DNA of 64,000 bases. Source: Psilocybe cubensis. Taxonomy: Eukaryota. A program made the translations under genes and the position numbers. The notes under the pieces were generated by a model. That model worked only from the letters and a program-made list of their open reading frames with translations. It was not told where the DNA came from and made no database searches. The DNA is taken from positions 4,154,001-4,218,000 of the forward strand of contig CM038998.1 in NCBI GenBank assembly GCA_017499595.2, given 5' to 3'. Positions 13,675-27,487 of the stretch are shown here, in pieces. How positions within the stretch are numbered: the first letter of the stretch is position 1; each line of letters starts with the position of its first letter.

Positions 13675-15757
13675 ATGATCTTGTCCGGCTTGCTTCTGGG
13701 CAGCTTAATTTCTTGGACCGCTTTTGCTCTTAGTTCAAGTGTGGAATCACAAAAGGTCCAGGCGATTCATGGCCAGTCCCAGACGCCTTTGGTCGACATG
13801 TCAACGCTGTCGGAGACTGAATACACAATGCTCGGTCATCCAGCATTCCCGCGCTATTGCGTTCGTGTAAAGAAGTCAAACTTCTGCGACGGAACGGTCA
13901 AGTAAGATCTGGATGTCCTTCCCATTTGTGATTTTGTGTGCTTATGGCGTTCATTCTCTAGTTCTTACACTGGCTACATAGATATCGAGGCGCGACATTT
14001 GTACTTTTATTTCTTCGAAAGCAGAGCAGACCCAGACAAAGACGATGTGATCTTTTGGGTGAATGGAGGTTCGTAAATTTAGTATGCGCATGTGACTGGC
14101 TCGAGCAAAGGTTTCTTCTGGTAGGTCCCGGTGGGTCCTCCGCGATGGGACTATTCATGGAAATGGGTATGGGGATAATACATCCATTGTACCTGTTGAT
14201 TTACTTACACAAGTCGACATATGCAAGGTCCGTGCAGGGTCGTAAATTCCACCCACACAGAGTACCACCCATACTCTTGGAACTCAAATGCTAATATCTT
14301 CTTCGTCGACCAACCGGTAGGCGTCGGATATTCATATGCAGATTACGGTGAAACTGTGGTACGTGCATGATCAACGTCATCGTGCATTCATCAATATTGT
14401 TTATATTGTTACGACAGACTACAACCGAGGAGGCTGCAAAAGACATAGCTGCATTTATTGCTATATTCTTCGAAAATTTCAGTAAATTTAAAGGGAGACC
14501 ATTGCACATGGCAAGCGAGTCATATGGAGTAGGTTGATGTGTTATGTTTACAGAGATTGAGCTGATTATTGATAGGGACGATATATTCCCGTTTTTGCGT
14601 CTGAGGTATTCGATCAAAACCAGAAGTTGGCTCAGGCTGGATTGGTACCTGTCAATTTAACATCCATTATGATAGGTGAGCTCAGACTGGCTTGTCTTGC
14701 GTCTCACTGGCTTATAGTTAAAATTATGTGAACGAAGGAAACGGGGACACAGATATTTTCACTATGGGACTGTCATACTACGATAAATCATGTACCGCGG
14801 CGTCAGGCTCTCCGATTCTCGATATTAGGTAGATGGTACATATTTGCTTGAGTTGATATGTGTACACTGACAAATTGGTAGAACATGCATTAAGATGAAG
14901 CAAGTTGTTCGTATGCTTCTGTTTTGTATGATGCCATTGTTCTGACCTATATGAAGCTCCCTAGATGTAAAAAATGGATGACAGAATCTTGTATAGACCA
15001 ATTTGATGCCATTAGTTGCAGTGCTGCAGTGTCGTTCTGTGAAGAGCAATTAATAGGACCTTTCTCCGCCACCGGTTTGAGAATTCCACATTTTGCGCCA
15101 TGGGTAATGGACTCTTAACACCAATGTGTAGGTATCAGTCCATACGATATCACACGCAAATGCGAAGGCGCACCTGAAAAGACTGCCTGTTACTTCCTCA
15201 CCGAGTATGGAAGATTTCACGTATTCCACTCTACCCATGCTGATCGCTATGTTACAGAGATGTCGAAAAGTACATCAACCTCCCCGAAACTCGGCAAGCT
15301 ATGGGTATTGATTCCACCGCGCCCAAATTCAATATAATGTCTATGAAGGTTAATAGTGATTTTGCTAATACCCTCGATGGCTTGCATCCAACCTACGACC
15401 ATGTCGCAGCGCTACTGGATCGGGGTGTGCGTGTCTTGATCTACGTCGGGAGAAACGATTGGATCTGCAACGATCTCGGAAATGAAGCTTGGACGACACA
15501 GTTTGACTGGAGTGGACATGACGAATTTGCATCGCAGCCACTGAGGGAATGGAAAATTGACGATCGGAAGGCTGGTTTCACCAGAAGTGCGAAAGGATTG
15601 ACGTATGTCAGTGTTGACGGGGCGGGACACATGGTTTGTGGTTTGTTTTATTTCATAAAATACTTGTTCACATGTTATATTGGGATAGGTGCCTTTTGAC
15701 AAGCCCAAGGAATCACTAGTGCTTGTAACTCGATGGTTGAATAATCAGGAATTGTAG
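13675..15757 (+). CDS. Secreted serine carboxypeptidase, family S10 (carboxypeptidase Y-like), multi-exon, paralogue 1
   Basis: Signal peptide; YTGYIDIEARHLYFYFFESR, WVNGGPGGSS, FVDQPVGVGYSY, HMASESYG (catalytic Ser), DWICN, GAGHMVPFDKP (His); stop at 15755-15757. Confidence 0.92.
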
Positions 15758-15960
15758 TTTCTCTACAATTGTTGAGACTGTTGTATTTCAGCAGTTTACA
15801 ATACCATGACTGTTTGACGTTGAACCTCAATTTCCTCCGGAGAGCACATTCGCGTTTTAAATAATAATTCCATGCACTTTTAGTCATTGACTCATTTGTA
15901 CTTCAATTCCCTAACGTGAGCCTTTCTGAACATAACCGCAAAACAGGCAGTCCGTGTATA

Positions 15961-16048
15961 TCCCGCTTAGCTCAGTGGTAGAGCGCGTCACTAGTAATCA
16001 CGTTGTTTGATTATGACGAGGTCAGTCGTTCAAGTCGGCTAGCGGGAA
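15961..16048 (+). tRNA. tRNA-Thr(AGT) with a 16-nt intron (15997-16012)
   Basis: Acceptor stem TCCCGCT/AGCGGGA; D arm GCTC-AGTGGTA-GAGC; anticodon stem CGTCA/TGACG with loop CT-AGT-A|intron|A; T arm AGTCG-TTCAAGT-CGGCT; downstream T runs. Confidence 0.93.
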
Positions 16049-16300
16049 AAGTTTTGCTTGTTTTTTGTACAGCAGCGTGTCATCACTGTAAAGTAATTTA
16101 TGGAATCTTTTTTTGTAATCAACTTCCGCAGCGCTTCAGACCAGCAGACGCGTGTAAAATATCAAGCAGAGCTACTTGCCGAATTTTATCTTATCGTTAT
16201 GTGCTATTCTTTCTCACATTAGCTTTGAGCCACGCGCTCCTGGTCCTAACCTCTGGATTATCAACATACATTCCCAGACTGGACTATCTTGTTGACTACC

Positions 16301-18374
16301 ATGTTCTGGGCTGCTGGCTTGCTGTACTTAGGAGCGTTGGCGTTGGCACAGCACGATTACCAGCGCACTTTTGCTGGTGAGTTCAAAAAGCATCAACAAC
16401 TTCGCGAAAGCAGTTTGTACTAAGTTACTTGACACAGCCAACCATGGGCAATATAACGAAGGCTTATTCACACCAGCTGAAGACCTGTCAATCCTATCTG
16501 AAACCGAGTTTACGACGCTCAGCCATCCTGAATTCCCTCGTTACAGCGTGCGCGTCAAGAAGTCGCAATTCTGCGACGAGACAGTAAAGTAAGGTCACGG
16601 TGTAGTTGGGTGCGGCGTTGTTGCTGAGGGGCGCCTTTGAAAAAGGTCATACACGGGGTACATCGATATTGAAGCGCGCCATCTGTTCTTCTACTTCTTC
16701 GAGAGCAGAAACAACCCCGACAAAGACGATGTCATATTTTGGACCAACGGAGGTTCGTGTTAATTCAGGCAATGGGATATATATTGGATTAACCGTCGTA
16801 GGCCCTGGGTGCTCTTCTTCTCTCGGGCTTTTCATGGAACTCGGTGAGTGCTACCCGCTGAATTTCGACTTGCAGGTGATTATATACATTCAAGGCCCCT
16901 GCAGAGTACTAGATGCTAACGGAACCAAATTCCACCCCGAATCGTGGAACTCGAACGCGAACATCTTCTTTGTCGACCAACCTATCGGTGTTGGATTTTC
17001 TTATGCAGACTATGGTGAAGTTGTGGTGCGTAACGCGCCCCTAAATTGCCCCGACGTCCCCATTAACTTTATGATTAGAGCACGACAGAGGAAGCCGCGA
17101 AGGATATAGCTGCATTCGTTGCCATTTTCTTCGAGAACTTTAGCAAATTCAAGGGCAGAGCATTCCACATGGCCGGCGAATCGTACGGGGGTCGCTACAT
17201 TCCTGTTTTCGCAGCAGAAGTTTACGACCAGAACAAGAAGCTTGTAGAGGCCGGAATGACCCCAATTAATCTCACTTCTATCATGATCGGTACGTTCTAT
17301 AATGGTTGTTGTACCTAACGCTTTTTCTGAAGCAAAATTGCATACAGGAAACGGAATCACTGACTTTTACACCATGATTCCATCGTACTACGACATGGCA
17401 TGCACCCCCGCATCTGTAGCGCCGATTCTTGACATTTCGTGAGTCTATCAATGGATCATGTTGTTGCAATTCTGAGTCGCTAATTTATACAAGAACATGC
17501 ACTCGCATGAAGCAAACGGTCAGCATCATCCACTTGGCGCGCAAAAGCACTCCTCATATCTCATTTATAACCTCCTCCAGATCCCAAGATGCAAGAAATG
17601 GTTGAAAGAATCATGTGTCGACCAACTTGACGCCATCTCATGCGAAGCCGCAAATGTATTTTGTTCTCAAGAGCTCTCTGCCCCCTTCTTTAGTTCCAGT
17701 AAGCTGATATTTGAATCCAAAAAAAGCGTCATCACTAACAACCAGACAGCCAAGAACCCTTACGACATCAGTCGTGACTGTGAAGGTGAAATCAGCGACA
17801 CACTATGCTACCCAGTCACCAAGTACGTCTTTACCCCAATTCTCAAAAGATTTCACTCTCACAAATACATCAGGCACATTTCATCATTCCTCGATCGCGC
17901 CGACGTGCGCTCGACGCTCGGCGTCGACCCGTCCATCACAGCCAACTTCTCGTCGTGCTCCAACGACGTCGGTTCGCGGTTCTACGCCAAACTGGACGAA
18001 TTCCACCCGACGCACCACTATGTGTCCGCTCTGCTCGACCGCGGCGTCCGCGCGCTCATCTATGTCGGACGTAACGATTGGATATGCAACCACGTCGGGA
18101 ACGAGCGATGGACGCTCGAGTTCGAATGGAACGGTCACAAAGAGTTCAGCGTGCTGCCTCTGAGGGAGTGGAGTGTTGCTGGCAAGAAGGCGGGCATGAC
18201 TAGGAGTGCCAAGGGTCTGACGTACGCCACAATCGACGGTGCAGGACATATGGTTCGTGTCTTTCCTCATTTTCGATGTTATCAACCTCATCAAAACCAT
18301 CGTAGGTTCCTTATGACAAACCCAAGGAGGCCCTCGAGCTCGTCAATAGATGGTTGGGAAACCAAGATCTGTAA
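16301..18374 (+). CDS. Secreted serine carboxypeptidase, family S10, multi-exon, paralogue 2
   Basis: MFWAAGLLYLGALALAQ signal; WTNGGPGCSS, FVDQPIGVGFSY, HMAGESYGG, DWICN, GAGHMVPYDKP; TAA at 18372-18374; most intron positions shared with paralogue 1. Confidence 0.93.
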
Positions 18375-18408
18375 CCAATGCTGATAGTACAAATATTCCA
18401 TACATAAC

Positions 18409-21405
18409 CTATGCAATATACTTATACACGCTTCTATCGGTTTCGCTTCTTTCGAGATATTCCGTCTCCACGAGGGTGTCGATTCGCCTCTTGATGGTTT
18501 CGACTTGTGGCACAAAGTGGTTCTTGACCGCGTCGATAGTCGCCGCCTTAAGCTGTTCATAGGTCATTTCTTTGCGGGCCTTCATCACGCGCACAATCGC
18601 AGCGTCGAGGTAATGCTTCCTGTCATCCTCAATGGATGCGTTGGTCTTCTTAGATTCCTCGGGCTACGAGTCAGGGGTGATCAGAGCCTTAAATTACGAC
18701 AGTGATATTATTATCAATTACTCACCGAGACTTTCGCTTGAATAGAGTTAATGTGTACTTTAGGATGAGGATCCTTGAAGTCGGGGTTGAAGTGGAACAC
18801 GTCGGTATCGTCGACATCCCTTCCAACCGGAACCTTCTTAAGAACCTTTTTCTTCCCGCAAGCTAGACTCTGCAAAGTCCTCTTCAATTCGGCTTCGTCT
18901 AAGAAAGTATGACAAGGATGATGAGATCTCCTTATGAGCACCTTCAAATAAGATAACGGTGCGTACCCATGCTTGTTTGCTCTTTGATATCAGCATACGG
19001 AATTTCGGGAGATTCATTGAATAAAAGCAGAACGATAGCCTGGTACAAACTGACAGTCAGCTCCTTGGCCCCAGTATTGAACCTTGCTTTCAGAGTGGCG
19101 GTGCCGAGAGAGTGGTTCCACGCAAGGACATGTCCAGTATGCTTTGATTTGTAGTAATCCGTATATTTCGTGAGTTCCTCTTGCATCTATAAGTAGAAAT
19201 GATAAGTTAGACGGAATATCGAGCACAGATACAACAGGCGTGACTTACGCCGGGGGGCAGGTCGATAGAATCTTTCTGGGCAGAAAATGGCCATGCGCTC
19301 CTTTGCAGGACCATGGCCGTGAGTTTATGCCCTGGGCTATCCTCTGGCAATCGGCTATGGTATTCGCGAATGGACTCCCTTGATAGAGCAAGGTCTTTAA
19401 ACATATCTTCTCCCATACCAAACTCTGGGTCGTATTCTGTAAAAAGAGAAGGTCAGGACAAAAAATACATGATTAGACGGAAAGAAACTTACTCTCTTTC
19501 AACTTCTTCAACATAGCCTTTTCAAAATCATCTGAGGCACTCTTCTCCAGGAGCAACCTCTTCGCAAGACCTCGATGATAGAATGTCCTAAACACATCTT
19601 TGTCGTCCGTATAGCGATACAGTGCAAGAACTTTGTCCAACATGTCTTGGAACTCGGCGTCGCTAAGTTTTCCCTGCCCTTTACGCATAGATTTGTCGAC
19701 ATACTTGGCAATCATCTCTGCAGGCTTCGATCGGCGGGACTTGAACCCTATTGTGAACGCATCTGTCAGCGCGTATAGGAATTGTTGGTCAGGCTGTTTT
19801 GCGGGCAGCTCGCTGGCAGAGGCAATTGGTGTGATGGGAATATTGGAAGAATTCGTGACAGTTACTTGGCTCTTCTCGGCCAAGAATGAGCGGGTAGTAG
19901 CTTGGTCGGCCACGTCCTTGAAGTCTAGAAGACGCTGAACCATATCGTCATCCCTGTCGACATCTTGGACAATGTTGGCTACCCTTGTCTGGAGAAACAG
20001 TCAGGGGATATAGATTAATGGAAAATAAATAACTAACATACCCTTATATGTGCTGCGAATGCATCGCACAGAGCTTTCGTCCCGTCAACTCTGGAGAAGA
20101 GTGCATACATGGAACCCAGTTTTTCAAAGTTCTTGGTATCCATGTAGGATGAAAGAGCTTGGTGAGGTGGATCAGCTTAAGTATTTCAAGATATACAAGA
20201 GAACATACTAGCATTTGCCAGCCATTCCAATCTGCCTTTCCACAGAGAATTCTCTGTTACCTCTCGTACAATGCTCCATGTTGCGACAGGTAAAACAGCA
20301 TTGCTGCGTTCAATTTCCTCTCTGATTCGCGCGCTAGCTTCGTCAAAGAAAAGCTGGGGATCGGCTTTCAGAGCGACTGATTTAAACGATGATTCTTCCA
20401 GGTAAAAAGTACGCGTAATGTCAATGTAATACTCTTCGAATGGTGAGTACTGGTGATGGCGAAGGAGATGTTCGATCAGAGCAGGGATCACTTCGCGATC
20501 TCGGTGGGGTCGACTGACAGCAAATTAGAGGATGCTCAAGGAAAAAGAATGATATTATACTTGTTTGCTCGCTCCCAATTAAGCCATGATTTCACATCAC
20601 TTCGCATTCTCCCAATGACTTGAGCATTTCCAAAGATGGTTGAGGCAACCATCGAATAGGCGAGATCGCTGGGTAGAGGTGAGATCCAAGCAAAACTCGA
20701 TGCGGCCAACAACCTCACTGGATGCTCTGAACATTCTTTTCGCGGATAACATAAACTTGGTCCAAGTATGTCAAGAGAGATATCAAAAGAGACTATGTCC
20801 GTCGTTCAGCAACGTTACTCGGGTCTGAATAGTAAAACTCACGATCTGAGTCTCTAGCCATTTCAACGCAGCATTAAAAGAGAATAGCCATGTCATTTCT
20901 TTCTCAGGAGACGACAATAAGTTCCTTGACAATTGGCCGATCGATTGTTGCAGTTCAATCTTCAAAATATTGTACAACTGTTCTCCACAGTCGGAGTCGG
21001 AGACAACGCTGTGGCATGTATTGTAAATGTTTTCATAGGTGGCAGGGATGATATCGTGTGGGCCAGGTTCGCGTGTCAATATCGTTTTGATACATCTTCG
21101 GAGTACATTCAATTGCTTTTCTTTGGGATTCTCCTTGGATTCTAGAGAAGAATGAGGCACTATCTTGTCAAGATTATGGAGTACACACTATAATCCCCAA
21201 TCACTCGGATTTGGAGTGACCCTCCGATGTGCGTTGTTGTCTTTGATCTAGAAGCAGAAGCAGAATCAGAATCGGCGGTCAACCGCGCAACTTTGCGAGG
21301 AGGAGATGCCGACCCTTCATTCTGTTCTGTGACTACTGTCGGACGTAGGGCAGTTAAGCCCTCCGAGGTCTTTGGCAGGGAAAGCAAAGCAAATAAGGTA
21401 GCCAT
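18409..21405 (-). CDS. CUL4: Cullin, CUL4-like, multi-exon
   Basis: KPAEMIAKYVD, DKDVFRTFYHRGLAKRLLLEKSASDDFEKAML, MFKDLALSRE, ELKRTLQSLACGKKKVL, and C-terminal DAAIVRVMKARK neddylation motif ending YLERSETDRSVYKYIA*. Confidence 0.88.
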
Positions 21406-22539
21406 GTCTTTGGTCGTCCACAATCGCAAAATATTGCAATGGGATGTGGACCGTGGTTAGTCCTGAGAGCAGGAAGTGCTCATCGTTCCAGACGATGACG
21501 ACGGACTTTGACATTCTCACGAATGCACGTGGTATTTACCCCTAACATTGAATGCACTGACCTACGACTTCAAACTTCTTGCTGCAAGTTCCTTGAGCAA
21601 CCTGGAATCGGTCCACTGATTTTATACGGGATGTTATTGCTTGTGATTTCAGCAGGAGCTTACTACAAGACGTATCTTCGTTCGTGAAATATGGCTATCA
21701 GCGTCCTCCCACTGATCAACTCAAAACTTACCTGAGTAAACCAAAGCACATTGCCGATACCAGGCGTAGCTTTCAAGAATTTTGACCAGCATAAGGCTAC
21801 ACGCACAAGTTAGTATATAGATAACCTGTTTTGGAATGAGGTATCATCGAAGTCAGTGATAGGCGCCCTGTCAAACCTTGTCGGCCATCACAAATGATAC
21901 AGGCGCTCACTATTGACAAGTATATTAGTATGAGAAATATGTGTCAAGATTTACGTTTCCGTAAAATGACGGAATTGGTCATTAATTTCTCGTTCCTTTC
22001 ATATTTTTCTATTAAACAGTGGTCCAGGTCTTGGTCTGGCGCCCACCGTGTCAGAGTTCACGATGTTGATGGGCCTGCGCTTAACATTTTGTCACTTAAT
22101 TGTGTTACTCAGCGCTAAGTACCGTGTAGTAGCTCCAGAAGCTATTCTGTGTAAGTATCCGAAAAGGTTAGCTCCGGGGAAAACTGGACTTGGTGGTAGC
22201 ACGATTCACCAATCCTCTGATTCCCCGCTAGTTCGTAGTTCAATTCCACCGTGACCGCCACCTGGGTCTCACGGCATGAGCAAAATATAAAGTGATGGCC
22301 CAGTTTCTGGGTGCCCCAAGAATCGACATACTTGGCGTTACCATGCAGTGAGATGACCGCTTTCTGACCTTTTAAATCCGTTTCAGAACTGCGGCAGTCC
22401 ATATTTGATGACGGTTGGCGGTGCCACACCTCACCCGATAGCTATATAAGCTAACCATGCGCATATTATACCCCACACGTTGACCGTCTTCATCAGTGTT
22501 TTCTGCAGGCCAGAAAACTAACGATATTCAAAGTCAAAT

Positions 22540-23823
22540 ATGAAAATCTCCGCCGCGATTCAAACCCTCCTCGTGCTGGGAGCATCAATCACAGTGCCGA
22601 TCTCCCTGGTACAAGCAGCACCCCAAGGCGAGTACTCTCTGGAGAAGGCCTTTGCAAGCTCTTTTTCTAGCCACCGATATAATGCCAAAAGGTGTGTATC
22701 ATGTACTGTCTTTTTCGCTCTTCAGCTATTTGCTAACATATGCTCTTATTCTGACGATCTAGGCTATGCGGTACACACATCAGCGCGGAAAGAAAGGCGT
22801 CTGTCGAGCGCAAGTTCGCTGCACAGCGAATAGCAGCCCCAGAAACTGCCAAGGCAGTAGCGCCAGTCATTGACGTATATTTCAATGTTATTGCTGCAAA
22901 TAAGACTATCGCTGGAGGATGGATCCCGTACGTTACAAATCCCTTCTGATTCTCGGAAGAAGTAGGTTTTTATTCCCATTTTTATCTTCAGGGCGCACCA
23001 GATCAAATCTCAGATTGCGGTTCTGAATAGAGATTTCAAGAGCACTGGAGTACAATACCGTCTGGCGAAGGTAACAAGATACATCTCGAAGCGGTGGTTC
23101 AACGGTGTTGCTCCTGAAGGGTGCGCATTCAAGAATGCTGCATTTCGCGTCAAATATTAAAAGATATTAGGGCTATGCAAACTGAAATGAAACAGAAACT
23201 CAGAAAAGGTGGACCAGAAACACTCAATGTGTATACCGTTGGGTAAGCTAGGTTTCTACTCTGCGGGTCAACGGTCAAACTCCAATGAGTGCGTAGGTTC
23301 CATAACACACAGGCAGAGGGCCTACTAGGACATGCGACATTCCCCACAGACTACAAGAGTCTCCCGAAGGACGACGGGGTTGTGATCCAGTATGGCACCC
23401 TTCCTGGGGGCAATTTGGCTCCGTTCAACAAAGGCAAGACGCTCACACACGAAGTCGGTCATTGGGTCGGACTTTACCACACTTTCGAGGTAAGTCTGAA
23501 AGTAATATCAGCGCAACCTCTGAACCTAGTATTTTGCTAGGGAGGATCTTGTTCATCGAGCGGCGATGAAGTCTCCGACACCCCTGCCCAATTAAAGCCT
23601 ACATCTGGATGCCCCATTGCAAACCCAGACACTTGTCCTGGCAAGGCTGGTCTCGATCCTATTCGTGCGTTGATTTCTATAGCTTTCAAATTCTACGGCA
23701 ATAACGGCTCTGATAGACAACTTTATGGATTACTCGGATGATGTCTGTTTGACACATTTCAGCGCTGGACAAGGGACACGCTTGAGGGCACAGCTGAGAA
23801 CATACCGAGAAATTGATGTCTGA
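22540..23823 (+). CDS. Secreted M43-family (pappalysin/Mep1-like) zinc metalloprotease, multi-exon
   Basis: Signal peptide; [29 protein letters not shown] (HExxHxxGxxH), [17 protein letters not shown] Met-turn; TGA at 23821-23823. Confidence 0.92.
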
Positions 23824-24967
23824 GTATGCTTGCTACTAATTTTATGTTGGAATTGCGCAGCGAAAAGCCTTTTCCATCAGATGACAGGCATCGTTGGGCC
23901 CCACACACTGTGCTTCGCTTGAGACTTTTCCGTCATGATGGTCGTTTCTATGCACCATGTATGCACAATGCAATGCCTCCGGACAGTCCTGCGTAGACAA
24001 TCGGTAGTATAACAACGTTTGGAACTCGGTGTGTGTGCTCCTAAGCGCCAACTACAAATCTCACCTGTACTGGCACAACGAGTTCAATTCCCAGGTGGAC
24101 TGTATGGTATACAGCAGTGTTTGCCATTTTCCCCAGAGTTACCGCTTGCCGTGAATACATGGCTCCATTGTGGGTTGCGACGCGGTCAAAAGGAAAGAAA
24201 GGTAAATGTCATTTTTGAAAGAAACATGCAACAATCTCCAATATACATGCTCGACTACCTTCTGATCCATCAATGACCTCCGTCCACTCGGCTTTCTCGT
24301 TATTACAGTTTAGTCTGGGTGATCTTGCCCTACCAAGGTCAGCGCTGACAGGGTGATATGTTACAGTGTTGGTACAGCAGCAAACAAGCGCCGAGGTTGC
24401 GGGTACACCATCACCCATATGCCACGTTTGTGAGGAGTTCTTTGCTCATGGTCCCTCATGACCTCACACAGCGGCGGTGAGCTGATATTATATTAATATG
24501 AATGACATCCTCGCAGAAATGACCATGCAGCAGATGGGCTACCAGCATTTGATGATGTAAAAAAGCTCTGATTTAGAAGTGGAGCTTTCTTCGATTTAAC
24601 TAAATGCACCCATATCTTAAATCCAGGCTGTGGTAGCACTAGTGTTCCGTTATGGAACATGAACAATCGTGCCGCGTAGAGAAATGCGGCGACCTGCGGA
24701 TCGGGATGCAGAGCTGATAAAAGGAAACCGCCAGCTGTTTGTAGATTGTCGCTATCTACGCAACACCAGTTCAATGTTGAGATGCTTAATTGAAGAATCT
24801 GATGGGAAAATGAAAAAAGTGAATGACGTCTATGGGCAATTATGAGTAATAAACGAATTAGGTACAGAAGCAGGTCATTTGTTTCAAGGACAAAGCGGCT
24901 TGATCACCAACGACGACGACCGTCTCACCCTTGCTCGACGATTCTCTTCCAGTGCATTTCCGAGTTG
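22870..24967 (+). repeat. Segmental direct duplication, copy 1 (pairs with ~43323-45308)
   Basis: Core 23101-24117 matches 43437-44453 (offset 20336) with about 2 substitutions; flanks diverged with indels. Confidence 0.93.
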
Positions 24968-25199
24968 GATACACCATTTTGGCGGACACTTGGTGCACCT
25001 GTCTCACTTCAACTTTCGACATCGTCCCACTTCCCTCCCTGCTATTCATCCCTCTGCTCCACACTTTTCTCTGGTCAATACCATTCATCACCGTCATAGT
25101 TCCTGTCCAACTTACTTGCCTTTTTCATCCCCTCCTACCATTCCTCATTCACAACACCCAAGCAAATCACGACCGTGACTTGGCAGAGTGCGCGCTTTG

Positions 25200-26400
25200 G
25201 AGGACTACCGCAGTCCCATATTGGGATCTATTACCAAGGTGCGTCAGTACTCTTGATCAGAGTAGTTGGTATACTGCTTACTCTGCTATGCTGCTCCTTC
25301 GTCAAGCTTGACGAAATCAACGCTGGACCGTGTAGCGATAGCAATAATAATCCCAACCCGGCTTGACGAGCGGCCGCTTTGAAAGACAGCAGCAGTCCAG
25401 TGTTAGAGATCTACTACCAAGGTGCGTCAGAATTGTTGATCAGAATAGTTTGTATACTACTTACTCCATGGCTTCATACCATTCCTTCATCAAGCTTGAC
25501 AAGCTCGACGGCGAGGACCAAGGACCGATGGCTCGCAGTAGGTTGCGATGGCAAAAAAAACTCGACCCCGACTTGACAAGAGAGGCTGCTTCGAAAGACA
25601 GCAGCAATCCTGTATTGGAGATCTACTACCAAGGTGCGTCAGTACTGTACCTACTCCATGCCGTCATACCATACCTTCTTTAACAGAAATTAACAGTGGG
25701 GTCTGAGAACCAAGGCTCGCTGTGGCAAGAAAACTCGGAATCCGACTTGACAAGAGGAGGTGATTTTAGAAGACTGCAGCAGTCCCATTGGGGATCTACT
25801 ACCGAGGTGCGTCAGTTCTGTTGATCAGAGTAGTTGGTATATTACTCACTCTGCCATTCCGTTCCTTTGTCAGGCTTGACAAAATCAACAATATGGGACC
25901 AAGGTCCGTATAGCAATGGCAAGATAATTGAGACGCAGCTTGACAAGACAGCGGTAATCCTGTATTGGAGATATACTACCAAGGTGCGTCAGTACTGTTG
26001 ATCAGAATGGTTTATATACTACTTACTCCATGCCGTCATACCATCCCTTCAACACCTGTGTACAGATATTGACGGTGGGGTTTGAGGACCGAGGGCTCGC
26101 AGTCGCAAGAAAACACGGAATCTGACTTGAGAAGAGGAGGTGATTTTAGAAGACAGCGGCAGTCCCGTTGGGGATCTACTGTCAAGGTGCGTCAGTATTG
26201 TTCATCAGAGTGGTTAGTATACTACTTACTCTACGCCGCCATGTTGTTCTTCCTTCAAGTTGACCAGCTACGCACAGAGATCGACAGTGGAGTCCGAGGT
26301 TCGAGGGCTTCCAGTGGGTAGCAATGGCAAGACCTTTGACCAGCGGTAGTCACAGTCATGTTGCGCAGCGTTGGAAACTCCCTGCCAAGGTGTGTCAGTA
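25200..26400 (+). repeat. Degenerate tandem array of 7 units of ~175-210 bp
   Basis: C(A/G)AGGTG(C/T)GTCAG core at 25235, 25418, 25630, 25803, 25980, 26183 and 26386; the first six are preceded by GATCTACTAC-like sequence. Confidence 0.85.
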
Positions 26401-27487
26401 CCGTTTACCAGCGCCGCGGCACCCTTTCTCACCTTTCGTCTCTCTTTAGCGTGTCTGCAATGCCATTAACGGCGCGTCAAACGACTCAGATGGGGAGGGA
26501 GGGGTGGGGCACAGCCACTGGAGGGGGGTGTCAGTCATTCAAACAACATGCACCACACTCTGTTACTCACCATTCTTTTTCCCATCCTTCCAGCATTCTC
26601 CAATCCCCCGCTATTGCCCTCTCGTATCGTTACCAGCCAATCGCACCTCGTGTTCCAGACGGCGGCGCTGCGAGTCAGAGCTTGCGGGAGGGGGCCTTGA
26701 CAACTTTCTGAATCGCAACTCGGGTTCGAGACGGCGGCGGATCAGTCTACGCTGTACTGACTTTACCTGCCATTCCTTCTCTGAGATCAACGACGACGAC
26801 AACTGTGGGCGGGGCCGCGGGAGCAGGGTGACGAACTGCGGGCACTTGTAAGTTAGCTACACAGCTGGAATTGCACACTTACTCGCCTTTTGTTTTTTCA
26901 GCCTGTCTGCATCGACGTTGTTTGCGTGAGACTGCAATAAGGAGTTGCAGGGTACGACCACTGCTGAATACTATAGGTCAGTCACTGAAACAATATGTCA
27001 TACCCTGCTGCTCACCATTATTTTACCATCTCTAGTGACTTCAAATCATCGTTGGCCTCGCGTTTGTAATGGAGCAAGTGTTGCGCCCGTCTTGGGAGAT
27101 GAGTGAAAGGTCCCAACATCAAGCGGGCGAGGCTCCGCCATGTGGTAGATCTGCAACAAGGGCATTATGTGAGTGACTCTCTTATTACTCTGAACTTTAC
27201 TTACCGCCATTTGTCTCCCTAGCCGCCACAACAGTGTACGCACTCCGGAGACCGACTGACAGCGGAGTGCGAGGCGGTTGCGATGACAAGGAACCGCTCG
27301 TCGTTGACGAGCGCGTTGCTGGAAAGGTGCATCAACACTGTGGGTATGGATTATCAGGGTTTTGCTTACCATTTTGTTTTCAGTTGTACTTGTTTTAGTG
27401 GGCCACCGCGGAGCGTGGCATGACGAGTCTTTACGATTCAGTGTCACGCTTTGTAATAATATAATATATATATAATATAATATAAAT

